Source of the DNA: Candidatus Nanohalarchaeota archaeon QJJ-9
Lineage (GTDB): Archaea > Nanohalarchaeota > Nanosalinia > Nanosalinales > Nanoanaerosalinaceae
Length of the DNA: 51,141 bases
NCBI GenBank assembly: GCA_022865275.1
Contig: JALIDQ010000001.1
Location: 1-51,141 of the forward strand
Direction of reading: 5' to 3'
The translations under genes were made by a program, and so were the position numbers. Position 1 is the first letter of the stretch; the number at the start of each line of letters is the position of its first letter. The notes under the pieces are model-generated. The model searched no databases. It saw only the letters and a program-made list of their open reading frames with translations, and had not been told where the DNA came from. Below, in pieces: positions 16,419-25,467 of the stretch.

Positions 16419-18687
16419 GAGAAAAGCGCAGTTTTTCATACTTACAGCAGTTTTAGTAGCTGGATCTCTTTCGATTACGATGGAGGCTCTCGATGACTAC
16501 ACACAGATAGGCTACACGGAGATATCGGAGAGCAGTTTCCCTATGCAGGTAAGCTCTATAGCTAATACAATAGAAAAATCCTGGTACAGCGAGTCCTGGA
16601 ATTACAGAAAGACTGTAAAGGTGTTTGAGACGAGTGGTAGAGCTGTAGAAAACTTCCCTGTAAGTTTTGATATAAACAGTTCAGCCCTTATTAGCTCTGA
16701 TGGGCTGAAATCGGACTGTGGAGACCTTAGAGTGGTAGAAGACGGTGAAGAAATTCCTTACCAAATAGAGGAAGGGGAGTGTGATTCGGAAAATACTACT
16801 GTATGGTTCATGGTGTCTCTTGAGCCAGGCGAGTCGAAGGACGTCTATCTTTACTATGGAAACAAGGATATAGAAGAGCCTACTTATGGTACTGACCTCT
16901 ACATGGGCGAGGATGGGTTTGGTAACAGTCAGGTTGATTTCGTTACAGGGAGTTTTGACGGCGGTGAAGGTGTATCTGAGGTGAATGTCCAGGGCGAGGA
17001 TATTACAGGCAACGGTGGAGCGATATATGAGGGTTCTCCTAGTTTTGACGTTGTTGAGAGAGGAGAAGTCTATATGGATGTGGAGCTAGGAGGTGAGACC
17101 TACCGATTGTTCTCGGACAACCAGTTCCTCCGTTGGTTAGGGAGTAAGTCGCTTGATCCTGGATTCGAGTTCTGGTACGGTGAAAACGACGGCTTTTCGC
17201 ATTGGGAGGCTGGGAACGAGAGCAACAGCTTTCCCATAAGCAACTACTGGTCGGGAAGCTTTTCTGAAGGTAGTCTACCCTACCTTGCCGCGTATAACGC
17301 TTCCAGTGGCAACTATCTAGCCGCGGCTACCAGCATCCGACAGTCTAACGTGGATGGTTACGGATTCGAGAACAGGAGTTTAGGCCAGTATATGAACTTT
17401 AGCTCTGAAGACAATGGAGACATACCCTACATCGACTTTCTGGTTGGGAAAAACGGTATAAACCACTTCAGGACTAACTATCATACTGTAACACCTAGAG
17501 TAGAACTCTTGGATGGTTCGGAGGAGTTTGGAAAATTTAACCCTACTGATGGCTGGAATAGTAAGGTTAGAGTTTCTGTAAAGGAACGTAACGGAAGCTA
17601 TCTAGAAGAGTATCCTGTAAACTTAAGTCTTAACCTAGGAAGGATGGATACTAAGAGAGATTGCTCCGATCTGGTGGTTGTGGAGGACGGGGATATAGTT
17701 CCTCACAGATTAGCTAGTCGGTGCGACAGTCTCTCGTTTGAGGAGCCGGACAATTACTTTACCCGCTGGGATATGGATGGAGGAGAGGGCGACCGGGTAC
17801 ATAGTACGGACGGGCTTTTCTACGGCGAACTAACCGGTAGTCCACAGCCTGAATGGGATGTGGGAAGGTTTGGTCTGGGGCTAAGGTTTGACGGGGATAA
17901 CTATGTTGAGGTTCCGGATTCCCACAATATTGACCTTTACGACCTTTCTTATACTCTTTCACTCTGGTTTAGAGGGGATGTGAACGAGTTTGATTACGAT
18001 GGAGGCAAGTCCAAGCTTTTCTATTATCCTGAAGAGTCTCCTGGACTCTCTGTTGTAAATGAGACAGGGTATTATTATCTTCAGGCCTCTTTCAGAAACG
18101 AGACAGGAGATCTATCATCTATCAGGGAGGATATAAGTTCTTACGACTCCTCTGAATGGCACCATGTGTCCTATGTGTACAATAAGACTGGTTCGGAGAT
18201 TTTACTATATATTGACGGGGATCAGAAGGGCTCTCAAGATGTTAAAGGCTCTTTAGAAACAGATTCAGACTCTATAAAAATTGGAGAAGGTTTGAAGGGC
18301 TATATGGATGAGATTAAGCTCTATACTACACCGCTAGAAGCAAGGGAGATAAGAGACCAGTATGTTACAACCTCTATAGTAACCTTCAAGACTAACCTTT
18401 CTGCGGGAGAGGTTGAGAGAGATGTGGCGGTATTTGTAGGCAATAATGCGGGTTTGGATAAAGATTTCTCAGGAGAGTTTCCCGCGCCTAATCCCCTTGA
18501 TTCAGACCATAGACCGGTTGTGGTGTCTAAGAACACCTTGACCTACTCTGAAATGATAGGGAGGATTTCTAGGCATATAGAGGAGACTAGCAGCCTTGCT
18601 TCATTCCTTGATATAAGTGTAGAAGGAGGATGTGCTGTTCTAGATTTTGACGCGGGCAGTATAAAGGTAAACAAGAGAATCTGCTAG
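16411..18687 (+). CDS. Large pilin-like protein with DUF2341-like modules and a LamG (Laminin_G_3-like) domain, 758 aa
   Basis: N-terminus MNRRKA/QFFILTAVLVAGSL. DUF2341-like WNYRKTVKV...ENFPVSF...CGDLRVVEDGEEIPYQIE...VWFMVSL...VYLYYGN (aa 62-151), with a partial second copy at aa 380-440. LamG-like GLGLRFDGDNYVEVP...HHVSYVY...LLYIDGDQKG...YMDEIKLYTTPLEAREI (aa 452-648). Confidence 0.65.
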   Translation: MNRRKAQFFILTAVLVAGSLSITMEALDDYTQIGYTEISESSFPMQVSSIANTIEKSWYSESWNYRKTVKVFETSGRAVENFPVSFDINSSALISSDGLKSDCGDLRVVEDGEEIPYQIEEGECDSENTTVWFMVSLEPGESKDVYLYYGNKDIEEPTYGTDLYMGEDGFGNSQVDFVTGSFDGGEGVSEVNVQGEDITGNGGAIYEGSPSFDVVERGEVYMDVELGGETYRLFSDNQFLRWLGSKSLDPGFEFWYGENDGFSHWEAGNESNSFPISNYWSGSFSEGSLPYLAAYNASSGNYLAAATSIRQSNVDGYGFENRSLGQYMNFSSEDNGDIPYIDFLVGKNGINHFRTNYHTVTPRVELLDGSEEFGKFNPTDGWNSKVRVSVKERNGSYLEEYPVNLSLNLGRMDTKRDCSDLVVVEDGDIVPHRLASRCDSLSFEEPDNYFTRWDMDGGEGDRVHSTDGLFYGELTGSPQPEWDVGRFGLGLRFDGDNYVEVPDSHNIDLYDLSYTLSLWFRGDVNEFDYDGGKSKLFYYPEESPGLSVVNETGYYYLQASFRNETGDLSSIREDISSYDSSEWHHVSYVYNKTGSEILLYIDGDQKGSQDVKGSLETDSDSIKIGEGLKGYMDEIKLYTTPLEAREIRDQYVTTSIVTFKTNLSAGEVERDVAVFVGNNAGLDKDFSGEFPAPNPLDSDHRPVVVSKNTLTYSEMIGRISRHIEETSSLASFLDISVEGGCAVLDFDAGSIKVNKRIC

Positions 18688-19895
18688 AGTTCTTCGATAA
18701 ACTCTACCTCGTCCTCTGTAAGCTCTAGTTCTTCAGCTATACTTTTCTTCCATCCTTCTCTCTGGAAAAGTACCTGGAGGAAGGGTAGTATATCTACTGC
18801 CTTTGAGATAGAGATATGCATGTTTTCTCCTATTTTCTCTCCTATATCCTGCCTTTTCTTCCTCTGGGACTTGCTCTGTCCCATCTTTTTGATCCTTGAA
18901 GGGTAGCTGTAGCGTGTGAATCCTTTGTATTTTTCTTCCTTGCTTAGAGCTACTCCAACGGTCATAAGGCTGTACACGTATTTCAGCAGGGACCAGTTCT
19001 GGCTTTTTCTTATCCTACCGTTGAATAAGTCAGCTTTGGATATTTCCTCCATCGCTCTCGCCACATCTTCCTGCTTCTTGTATTCTTTGGGTATGTTCTC
19101 CCTTATCCACTGGAGTATCTCATCCGGTCCTTCGGAAAGATCTTCTGTCGCGTCTGAGGCGGTTTCCGCGTCCCCGGTCTTGAAGATGATTTTTAGGGCT
19201 TCGAATATATCTTTCTCGGTGTCACGATAGCCTAGCTCTTTTACTTCCTCTCTTGTAACCTTGTCATGCTTTTCTCCAAGGCTTTCGAGATCGTTTATAG
19301 CGGAGCGCATATCTCCGTCTGCATGTCTTGCTATGGACTTTAGAGCGGATTTTTCATATTCTATTCCTTCCTTTTCTGTGATTTCCTTCAGCTTTGCGTT
19401 TACTGAGTTTGTATGGACTTTTCCAAGTTCTACTACTTTGCTCTTCTTTCTTATAGACTGCATCCCGTTCGCGTATGCGTCGTTTGCGGTTAGTATTACG
19501 GGGAACTTTGACTTTTCGATTATACGGTTTATCTCGGACTTTCCTCCTCGATCCTTCGATGACATACCGTCTACTTCGTCTATCAAGATTATTTTGGTCT
19601 TCCCTGTAAGGGAGCGTTGTTTTACGGCCCTCATAACTTTTTCTTTAAGCGCTTTTTTTGTTCGTACGTCCGATGCGTTGGTCTCGTACACCTCGTAACC
19701 TAGCTCGTTCGCTACAACGTACACTAGCGCGGTCTTGCCTGAGCCTGGAGGTCCTGGCATAAGAAGTGATTGCGATTTCCTGTTGTGCCAGTTCTGTACC
19801 CAGTCTTTGACTTCCTCTACTTTCTTTGTGTTTCCCTGATATTCGTCAAGGTTTTCGGGTCTATATTTTTCTACCCATAGTTTGCTCTCTCCCAT
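18684..19895 (-). CDS. rfcL: Replication factor C large subunit
   Basis: LWVEKYRPENLDEYQGN, LLMPGPPGSGKTALV and KIILIDEVDGMSS; about 400 aa with the typical C-terminal extension. Confidence 0.9.
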   Translation of the reverse strand: MGESKLWVEKYRPENLDEYQGNTKKVEEVKDWVQNWHNRKSQSLLMPGPPGSGKTALVYVVANELGYEVYETNASDVRTKKALKEKVMRAVKQRSLTGKTKIILIDEVDGMSSKDRGGKSEINRIIEKSKFPVILTANDAYANGMQSIRKKSKVVELGKVHTNSVNAKLKEITEKEGIEYEKSALKSIARHADGDMRSAINDLESLGEKHDKVTREEVKELGYRDTEKDIFEALKIIFKTGDAETASDATEDLSEGPDEILQWIRENIPKEYKKQEDVARAMEEISKADLFNGRIRKSQNWSLLKYVYSLMTVGVALSKEEKYKGFTRYSYPSRIKKMGQSKSQRKKRQDIGEKIGENMHISISKAVDILPFLQVLFQREGWKKSIAEELELTEDEVEFIEEL

Positions 19896-19951
19896 ACTGC
19901 TAAGCTTTTCTACTCCGAACCTTTTAATTTATCTGTCCCCCTTTTCTTTGT

Positions 19952-20758
19952 ATGGGAAAGGGAATAACTCCTATAATAGCGGTTCTGATACTGACGGGTA
20001 TAGTCCTTTCTGGAGCCCTGGTAGCGCAGCAGTTTGTTCTTGATAGGCAGGAAGATATAAAAAACCACCTAGAAGAGGCTTTAAGGAATAATTTGGAAGT
20101 TGAAAGGGTATACTGTAACGGTAAGAAGCTTAGCTTTCTTTTAAACAATACTGGAGGCTATCATATCGATGAAGCGGGTGTGGATGTCTATATATACCAT
20201 GGAGCCGAGGCTAACTACTCAATGTCCCGCCGAGGTCTTACTTTTGAAGGAGGTTTTCAGGAGCCGCACAGCTCGGGCTATTTCAACGTAACTATAAACG
20301 GCTTATTCCTATCCGACCAGGTTTACTCAGTGGAGCTTGCTGGAACGGATGAACAGGCTTCTTTGAGGAAATCCTGCCGTGGAGGAAGGAGGTGGTGGGA
20401 TATCAACTGGGACTATAGAAGGCAGGTTGTTGTGGAGAACCAGGATAGCTCCGGAATAACCGATGGAATAGCTTCTGTAGAACTTAATACTTCCAGTCTT
20501 ATTGACGAGGGTAGGATGAATCCTGACTGCTCCGATCTGCGCGTGGTGGAGAAGGAAGAGGTTGTGGACTATTCGATAGATTCTTGCAACAGCCCTTCCA
20601 GTACTATAAAGTTTAGAAACTCTGTATCAGGTTATGGCCGGGCTTTCGACACGTATATCTATTATGGAAATCTTAGAGCGGAGGATGAGAGTGTTTCTAT
20701 AACTGATACTACTTCCTCGGATCTTGTTACTGACCTGAGATACGAAGAGTCTCGCTAG
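19952..20758 (+). CDS. Archaeal pilin N-terminal domain fused to a DUF2341-like domain
   Basis: MGKG/ITPIIAVLILTGIVLSGAL, then WWDINWDYRRQVVVEN...CSDLRVVEKEEVVDYSID...DTYIYYGN. Its stop codon overlaps the rfcS stop in a CTAG palindrome (20755-20758). Confidence 0.65.
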   Translation: MGKGITPIIAVLILTGIVLSGALVAQQFVLDRQEDIKNHLEEALRNNLEVERVYCNGKKLSFLLNNTGGYHIDEAGVDVYIYHGAEANYSMSRRGLTFEGGFQEPHSSGYFNVTINGLFLSDQVYSVELAGTDEQASLRKSCRGGRRWWDINWDYRRQVVVENQDSSGITDGIASVELNTSSLIDEGRMNPDCSDLRVVEKEEVVDYSIDSCNSPSSTIKFRNSVSGYGRAFDTYIYYGNLRAEDESVSITDTTSSDLVTDLRYEESR

Positions 20759-21702
20759 TCTTTTAGACTTGATATCTGAGCCAGTAAGCTTTCTATTTGG
20801 AGGTCTGGTGAGCCTCCTTCTACTATACGGAATTCGTACTCTCCCATCTGCTCGATGACTTCTAGCTTCTTTTGTTCGGATATGTCTAGGTTGTATATTT
20901 CTCTGTTGATCGCTTTTATCACGTCCAGTCCGTCCAGTCCTCTATTGACCATCAGGTCGCTTAGTTCTTTTCTCGCTTCTATAAAATCGCCTTCTAGCGC
21001 TTTGTCCAACACTTCTTTGACCTCTTCAGGCCTCAAGGAGGCGGCGACTTCGAAGACTTTCTCTTCGTCTATCTCTCCACCCTGGATTGAAGCGGCTTGG
21101 AGTACGTTTGTCGCTTTCCTTAGGTCTCCTGAAGATACTCTCTTCAGAGCGTCCATTCCTGTTTCAGTAACTTCCAGTCCTTCTCCTTCTGCTAGGTTGT
21201 CTAGGTATTTCCCTACTTCGTCGTCTTCTAGTCTATTAAAGCGGAAGATAGCGCATCTTGACTGGATTGGAGGTATGATCTTAGAGGAGTAGTTGCAGGA
21301 GAGTATGAAGCGGCAGGATTCTGAATACTTTTCCATTGTACGCCTTAAAGCTTGCTGTGCATCGTTTGTTAGGGCGTCGGACTCGTCTAGAAATATTATC
21401 TTGAAGTCCGCGTTGATTGGCTTGGATCTTGCAAAGTCCTTTATCTGGTTCCTTACCACGCCTATACCTCTATCGTCCGAGGCGTTTGTCTCCATAAAGT
21501 TCTGCTTCCATTCTTCGCCGTACAGGTCTTTGGCTAGTGCTATTGCTGAAGTGGTCTTCCCAGTACCTGCTGGACCTGCGAACATCATATGAGGGACTCT
21601 TTCTTTTTTTACAAACGCTTTAAGACGTTCTGTGATGTTTTTATGCCCTATCACTTCGTCCAGCGTATCTGGTCTGTACTTTTCTGTCCATACATCTATC
21701 AT
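20755..21702 (-). CDS. rfcS: Replication factor C small subunit
   Basis: WTEKYRPDTLDEVIGH, MMFAGPAGTGKTTSA, IIFLDESDALT and SRCAIFRF (SRC motif). Confidence 0.95.
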   Translation of the reverse strand: MIDVWTEKYRPDTLDEVIGHKNITERLKAFVKKERVPHMMFAGPAGTGKTTSAIALAKDLYGEEWKQNFMETNASDDRGIGVVRNQIKDFARSKPINADFKIIFLDESDALTNDAQQALRRTMEKYSESCRFILSCNYSSKIIPPIQSRCAIFRFNRLEDDEVGKYLDNLAEGEGLEVTETGMDALKRVSSGDLRKATNVLQAASIQGGEIDEEKVFEVAASLRPEEVKEVLDKALEGDFIEARKELSDLMVNRGLDGLDVIKAINREIYNLDISEQKKLEVIEQMGEYEFRIVEGGSPDLQIESLLAQISSLKD

Positions 21703-21823
21703 TTTATCACCGAAACCATTACTTTACTGTAAAGAATTTCTGTAACTGAGACTTTTATTGGTTGTGCAGTGTTTCTGAAAAAAAGTTGAAAAGGGTTTAA
21801 AGTTCGGGGAAAAAGTCTTTGCT

Positions 21824-22354
21824 ATGATCGTCTCTATCACAGGTACTCCTGGAACAGGCAAGAGTTCTGTTTCCGAGATCCTTGCAGAGGAGCTGGGTTT
21901 TAAGCTTTTAGATGTCAACGAGGTAGCGTTCTCCGAAGAGGTTGGGACGAGTGAGGGGGATGAACGAGATACTACTGAGGTAGATATAGATACGCTTATT
22001 CCCGCGCTGGAGGAGGAGGTTGGAGAAAACTCGGTTCTGGAAGGACATTTAAGCCACTACTTTCCTTCTGACCTGGTTGTAGTGCTGAGAACGATGCCTG
22101 AGGAGCTGAAAAAAAGGCTTGAGGAAAAGGGCTGGTCTGAGGAAAAGGTTGAGGAAAACTTGGAGTCGGAGGTCCTTGACGGAATCCTACAGGAAGCGGT
22201 TAACCAGCAGGAAGATGTTGTCGAAGTCGATACCACAGGGAAGTCGCCTGGAGAGACTGCAAAACTTGTAAAAAAACTGGTCGAGAATAAGGATAAACGC
22301 GAGGAGTACAGGCCGGGAACTGTTTCCTGGGATCTGGACAAGTATTTAGGGTGA
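21824..22354 (+). CDS. Fap7/AK6-like putative adenylate kinase
   Basis: P-loop MIVSITGTPGTGKSSVSEILA; about 175 aa, with the length and layout of archaeal Fap7-type kinases. Confidence 0.7.
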   Translation: MIVSITGTPGTGKSSVSEILAEELGFKLLDVNEVAFSEEVGTSEGDERDTTEVDIDTLIPALEEEVGENSVLEGHLSHYFPSDLVVVLRTMPEELKKRLEEKGWSEEKVEENLESEVLDGILQEAVNQQEDVVEVDTTGKSPGETAKLVKKLVENKDKREEYRPGTVSWDLDKYLG

Positions 22355-22358
22355 TACT

Positions 22359-23189
22359 ATGGGATTTTTAAGCAAGATAAGGCTTACTGCGTTGTTTGCG
22401 GTTCTGGTAGCGGTATTCGGAGCTGTAGGTCTTTACTTCGGAGGAGCTTCTGGGATGGTGCTGGGATTAATCGTCGCGGGAGCTATGAACTTTGTATCCT
22501 ACTTCTATTCCGATAAGATGGTCGTGAAGATGCATCGTGCGGAGGCTTTAAGCGAGGAAGAAGCTCCTGAAATCCATTCGATAGTGGAGAAGCTTTCAGA
22601 GAAGGCTGGTATACCTAAGCCGAAAGTCTATGCGATGGATGAATCAACTCCTAACGCTTTTGCGACGGGAAGAAAGCCGAGCAAGTCTATTGTATGCGTT
22701 ACATCAGGCTTGATTTCCAACCTTTCTAAGGATGAGGTTGAAGGGGTTCTTGCTCACGAGCTATCCCACATAAAGAACCGAGACACTTTGATTCAGACTG
22801 TTGCAGGCACTCTTGCTGGCGCGATTTCGATTATAGCGCATTTTCTATGGTTTTCTACGTTTGATAATGATAACCAGAATCCTCTTTTTCTTATAGGCGC
22901 GATTGTGCTTGCTCCGCTTGCCGCATCGATGATCAAACTAGCTATATCCCGCTCCAGAGAGTTTTCCGCGGATTCTTCGGCTTCGAAGTTAACCGAACCG
23001 GAGAAACTTGCTTCCGCGCTTGAGTCTATAGAGAGTTCGGTAAGCGCTTCTAGAAAGCCTATGAAAAGAGGTTCTGAGGGAACTTCGCATCTCTACATAG
23101 TCAACCCGTTCAGGAAGTCGGGCCTGGCGAAGCTTTTCTCTACACATCCTCCTACAGAGGAGAGAATTGAGAGGCTTAGGAGTCTGTAG
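22359..23189 (+). CDS. htpX: HtpX-type M48 zinc metalloprotease
   Basis: HELSHIKNRD zinc motif, N-terminal and central TM helices, C-terminal HPPTEERI. Confidence 0.9.
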   Translation: MGFLSKIRLTALFAVLVAVFGAVGLYFGGASGMVLGLIVAGAMNFVSYFYSDKMVVKMHRAEALSEEEAPEIHSIVEKLSEKAGIPKPKVYAMDESTPNAFATGRKPSKSIVCVTSGLISNLSKDEVEGVLAHELSHIKNRDTLIQTVAGTLAGAISIIAHFLWFSTFDNDNQNPLFLIGAIVLAPLAASMIKLAISRSREFSADSSASKLTEPEKLASALESIESSVSASRKPMKRGSEGTSHLYIVNPFRKSGLAKLFSTHPPTEERIERLRSL

Positions 23190-23394
23190 ATTTTTTCCTT
23201 TTATGAATCCTTTTCCTGTCTATTTCTATTTTTCCGAGCTTAATTCCTTTTTCTATGGCTTTTTCAATTCCCTTCTTTTGTTTTTTTCCCATCCATTTCT
23301 ATAGAATAATGTGGTAAGTGCTTTTAATGATTTAGCCCCTCTTTCGACAACCTATTTAAAAGTATGTAGGTCAAGTTTTGGCAGGGAGATAAAC

Positions 23395-23559
23395 ATGGCT
23401 GAGAGGTTCAAGGAAGCGGATGAGAGGATTTTTAAAGACGTGTATATCTGTAGGAAGTGCAATGCCAGGAACAAGGTCCACGATCCTGAAGATGCTAAAT
23501 GCAGGAAGTGCGGCTATGACGGGCTTAGACCTAAGAATAAGGAGTTTGCATCCGAGTAA
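23395..23559 (+). CDS. rpl40e: Ribosomal protein eL40
   Basis: [13 protein letters not shown]...[31 protein letters not shown] zinc-ribbon pattern of eL40. The track ORF start at 23311 is an upstream in-frame extension. Confidence 0.8.
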   Translation: MAERFKEADERIFKDVYICRKCNARNKVHDPEDAKCRKCGYDGLRPKNKEFASE

Positions 23560-23608
23560 TGCCTGTTTCTTTTTCCTTCTAAAATCCAGGCTTTTTTGAG
23601 GTGAGACA

Positions 23609-25204
23609 ATGCAAAAACACTGGGCTGACCAACTTGCTGGAAAGGTGAAGGACGAGAGAGGAGACAAGGACAGTTATATATTCAACTCCGGGATGTCTAT
23701 CTCCGGTAAAATGCATATAGGAAACTTGAGAGGAGAGCTCGCGATCCCTTCCCGAGTCAAGCGTATTCTCGAGCAGGAGGGGAAGGATGTGAAGTTTTAT
23801 GGTATATACTACACCCAGGACAGGTTTAAAGCGAAAGACTCGCAGCTTGAGAAGTTTGATGATCCGGAGGAAGCGGAGAAGTATGAGGGGTGGAGGCTTG
23901 TTGATGTGCCTGATCCGGAAGGCTGTCACGAAAACTGGGTAGAGCATTTTAACTCGGAGAACCAGCCCTACCTTCCTGAATACGGTATAGAGGTTGAGCC
24001 TCTTACGACTACGGAGTTCTACAGGATGGATGAGACCAAGGAGCTCATCCGCAAGTTTCTTGAAAACAAAGAGAGGGTTAGGCAGGTCCTGAACGAGTAC
24101 AGGGACAGGCAACCGTATCCTGAAGGATGGATTCCGTTTGATCCTCGCTGTGAGAGCTGTAATAGGATAGATAAGACTGATGCGAAGGAGATAGATTTTG
24201 AAGAAGACAGGGTTAGATATGAATGTAAAGCATGCGGAGACGAGGGATGGTCTCCTATAGAGAAAGGAAAGCTTGCATGGAGGCTTGAATGGTCTGCTTT
24301 ATGGGAGGTACTAGATGTGGACTTTGAACCGTACGGAAAGGACCATGCGACTCCAGGAGGCTCCAGGGACTCTTGCGTAGCTCTTGCGGAGGAATTTGAC
24401 TTGAACTATCCTACCGGTTTCTCCTTCAACTGGGTCTACTGGAAGCGGGAAGGAGAGGTGAAGGGTGATATGACCTCTTCAGGCGATCGAGGAATAACGA
24501 CTAAGGCTTTCCTTGACTATGCGGAGCCTGAGGTTTTAACCTACCTCTATCTCTCTACTAAGCCTATGAAGGAAATCTACTTCGACCCGGACAAGCTGCC
24601 TGACTATGTAAGGCGTTTCGATCGTGCTGAGTCTATCTACTTTGGAGAGGAAGAGGCAAGAGACGAGAAGCGCGAGGAGAACATAAAGAGGAACTATGAA
24701 CTAGCGATGCTGGATTTACCTGAAAAAAGCCCGGTAAGGATTCCCTACAAGGCTGCATGTATGATATACCAGCTTGTAGAATCTGAGGACAGGCGTGTAA
24801 AGGTTGCGAAGAAGCTTGAAGATGTTCCATCACAGTTATCTGAGGAAGACAGGAAGAGAGTCCTTGAGAGGATTGAGATGGCTGGGAACTGGCTTGGAGA
24901 ATATCCTGTCGAAGACTTCAGGATAGAGGTTCAGGAGGAAGTCTCTGAGGAAGCTAGAGATGAGCTTTCCGAGGAGGAGCTTAAGGCTCTGAAGTCTCTA
25001 GGAGAGGATTTAGAGGAGGAATTGTCTGCCAAAGAGGCTCAGTCCAAGGTCTACGAGCTCAGCGATGATTTCGATATAGGTGCGGGAGAGGCCTTCCAGT
25101 CCGTATACCTTACCATCCTAGGAAAAGAGTCAGGACCGAGAGCAGGCAACCTGATAAAGGCGGTAGGCCAAGAGAAGGTCCGGGACCTGATAGACCAGCT
25201 CTGA
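23609..25204 (+). CDS. lysK: Lysyl-tRNA synthetase, class I
   Basis: N-terminal HWADQLA...NSGMSISGKMHIGNLRGE (HIGH-type motif) and about 530 aa fit archaeal class I LysRS, which is not the class II architecture. Confidence 0.9.
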   Translation: MQKHWADQLAGKVKDERGDKDSYIFNSGMSISGKMHIGNLRGELAIPSRVKRILEQEGKDVKFYGIYYTQDRFKAKDSQLEKFDDPEEAEKYEGWRLVDVPDPEGCHENWVEHFNSENQPYLPEYGIEVEPLTTTEFYRMDETKELIRKFLENKERVRQVLNEYRDRQPYPEGWIPFDPRCESCNRIDKTDAKEIDFEEDRVRYECKACGDEGWSPIEKGKLAWRLEWSALWEVLDVDFEPYGKDHATPGGSRDSCVALAEEFDLNYPTGFSFNWVYWKREGEVKGDMTSSGDRGITTKAFLDYAEPEVLTYLYLSTKPMKEIYFDPDKLPDYVRRFDRAESIYFGEEEARDEKREENIKRNYELAMLDLPEKSPVRIPYKAACMIYQLVESEDRRVKVAKKLEDVPSQLSEEDRKRVLERIEMAGNWLGEYPVEDFRIEVQEEVSEEARDELSEEELKALKSLGEDLEEELSAKEAQSKVYELSDDFDIGAGEAFQSVYLTILGKESGPRAGNLIKAVGQEKVRDLIDQL

Positions 25205-25281
25205 GCTCTTTTTCTTTTTATTCCTCTCCAGGGTTAAGAAATAAAAAGGTGTGTCCCCCTGAAACCTATGTTAGCGTCTAA

Positions 25282-25408
25282 GCCCCGTTAGCTCAGCTGG
25301 GAGAGCACGTCCTTGGTATCTCAGGACACACTCCGAACCCGATGCCAACGCGAGTTGAGTCTGAGAACAGAAAGGACGAGGTCCCGGGTTCGAATCTCGG
25401 ACGGGGCT
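25282..25408 (+). tRNA. tRNA-Thr (anticodon GGU) with 54-nt intron
   Basis: GCCCCGT-TA-GCTC-AGCTGGGA-GAGC-A-CGTCC-TTGGTA [intron 25319-25372] A-GGACG-AGGTC-CCGGG-TTCGAAT-CTCGG-ACGGGGC-T. Confidence 0.85.
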
Positions 25409-25467
25409 TCACTCTGTTTATTATTCTGTAAAAGGTTCAAAGGCCCAGGAATGAATAAAAAGAGCTG

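Noticed and set aside
8065-18687. Archaellum (motility) operon
   Set aside because: FlaI-like ATPase and FlaJ-like membrane proteins are shared with pili. No FlaH (KaiC-like), FlaF/FlaG, FlaC-E or FlaX candidates are present, and the pilin-like proteins do not resemble archaellins beyond the signal peptide.
23579-24112. 177-aa minus-strand ORF
   Set aside because: It is entirely antisense to the well-supported class I LysRS gene, with a Leu/Arg/Pro-rich composition typical of antisense frames.
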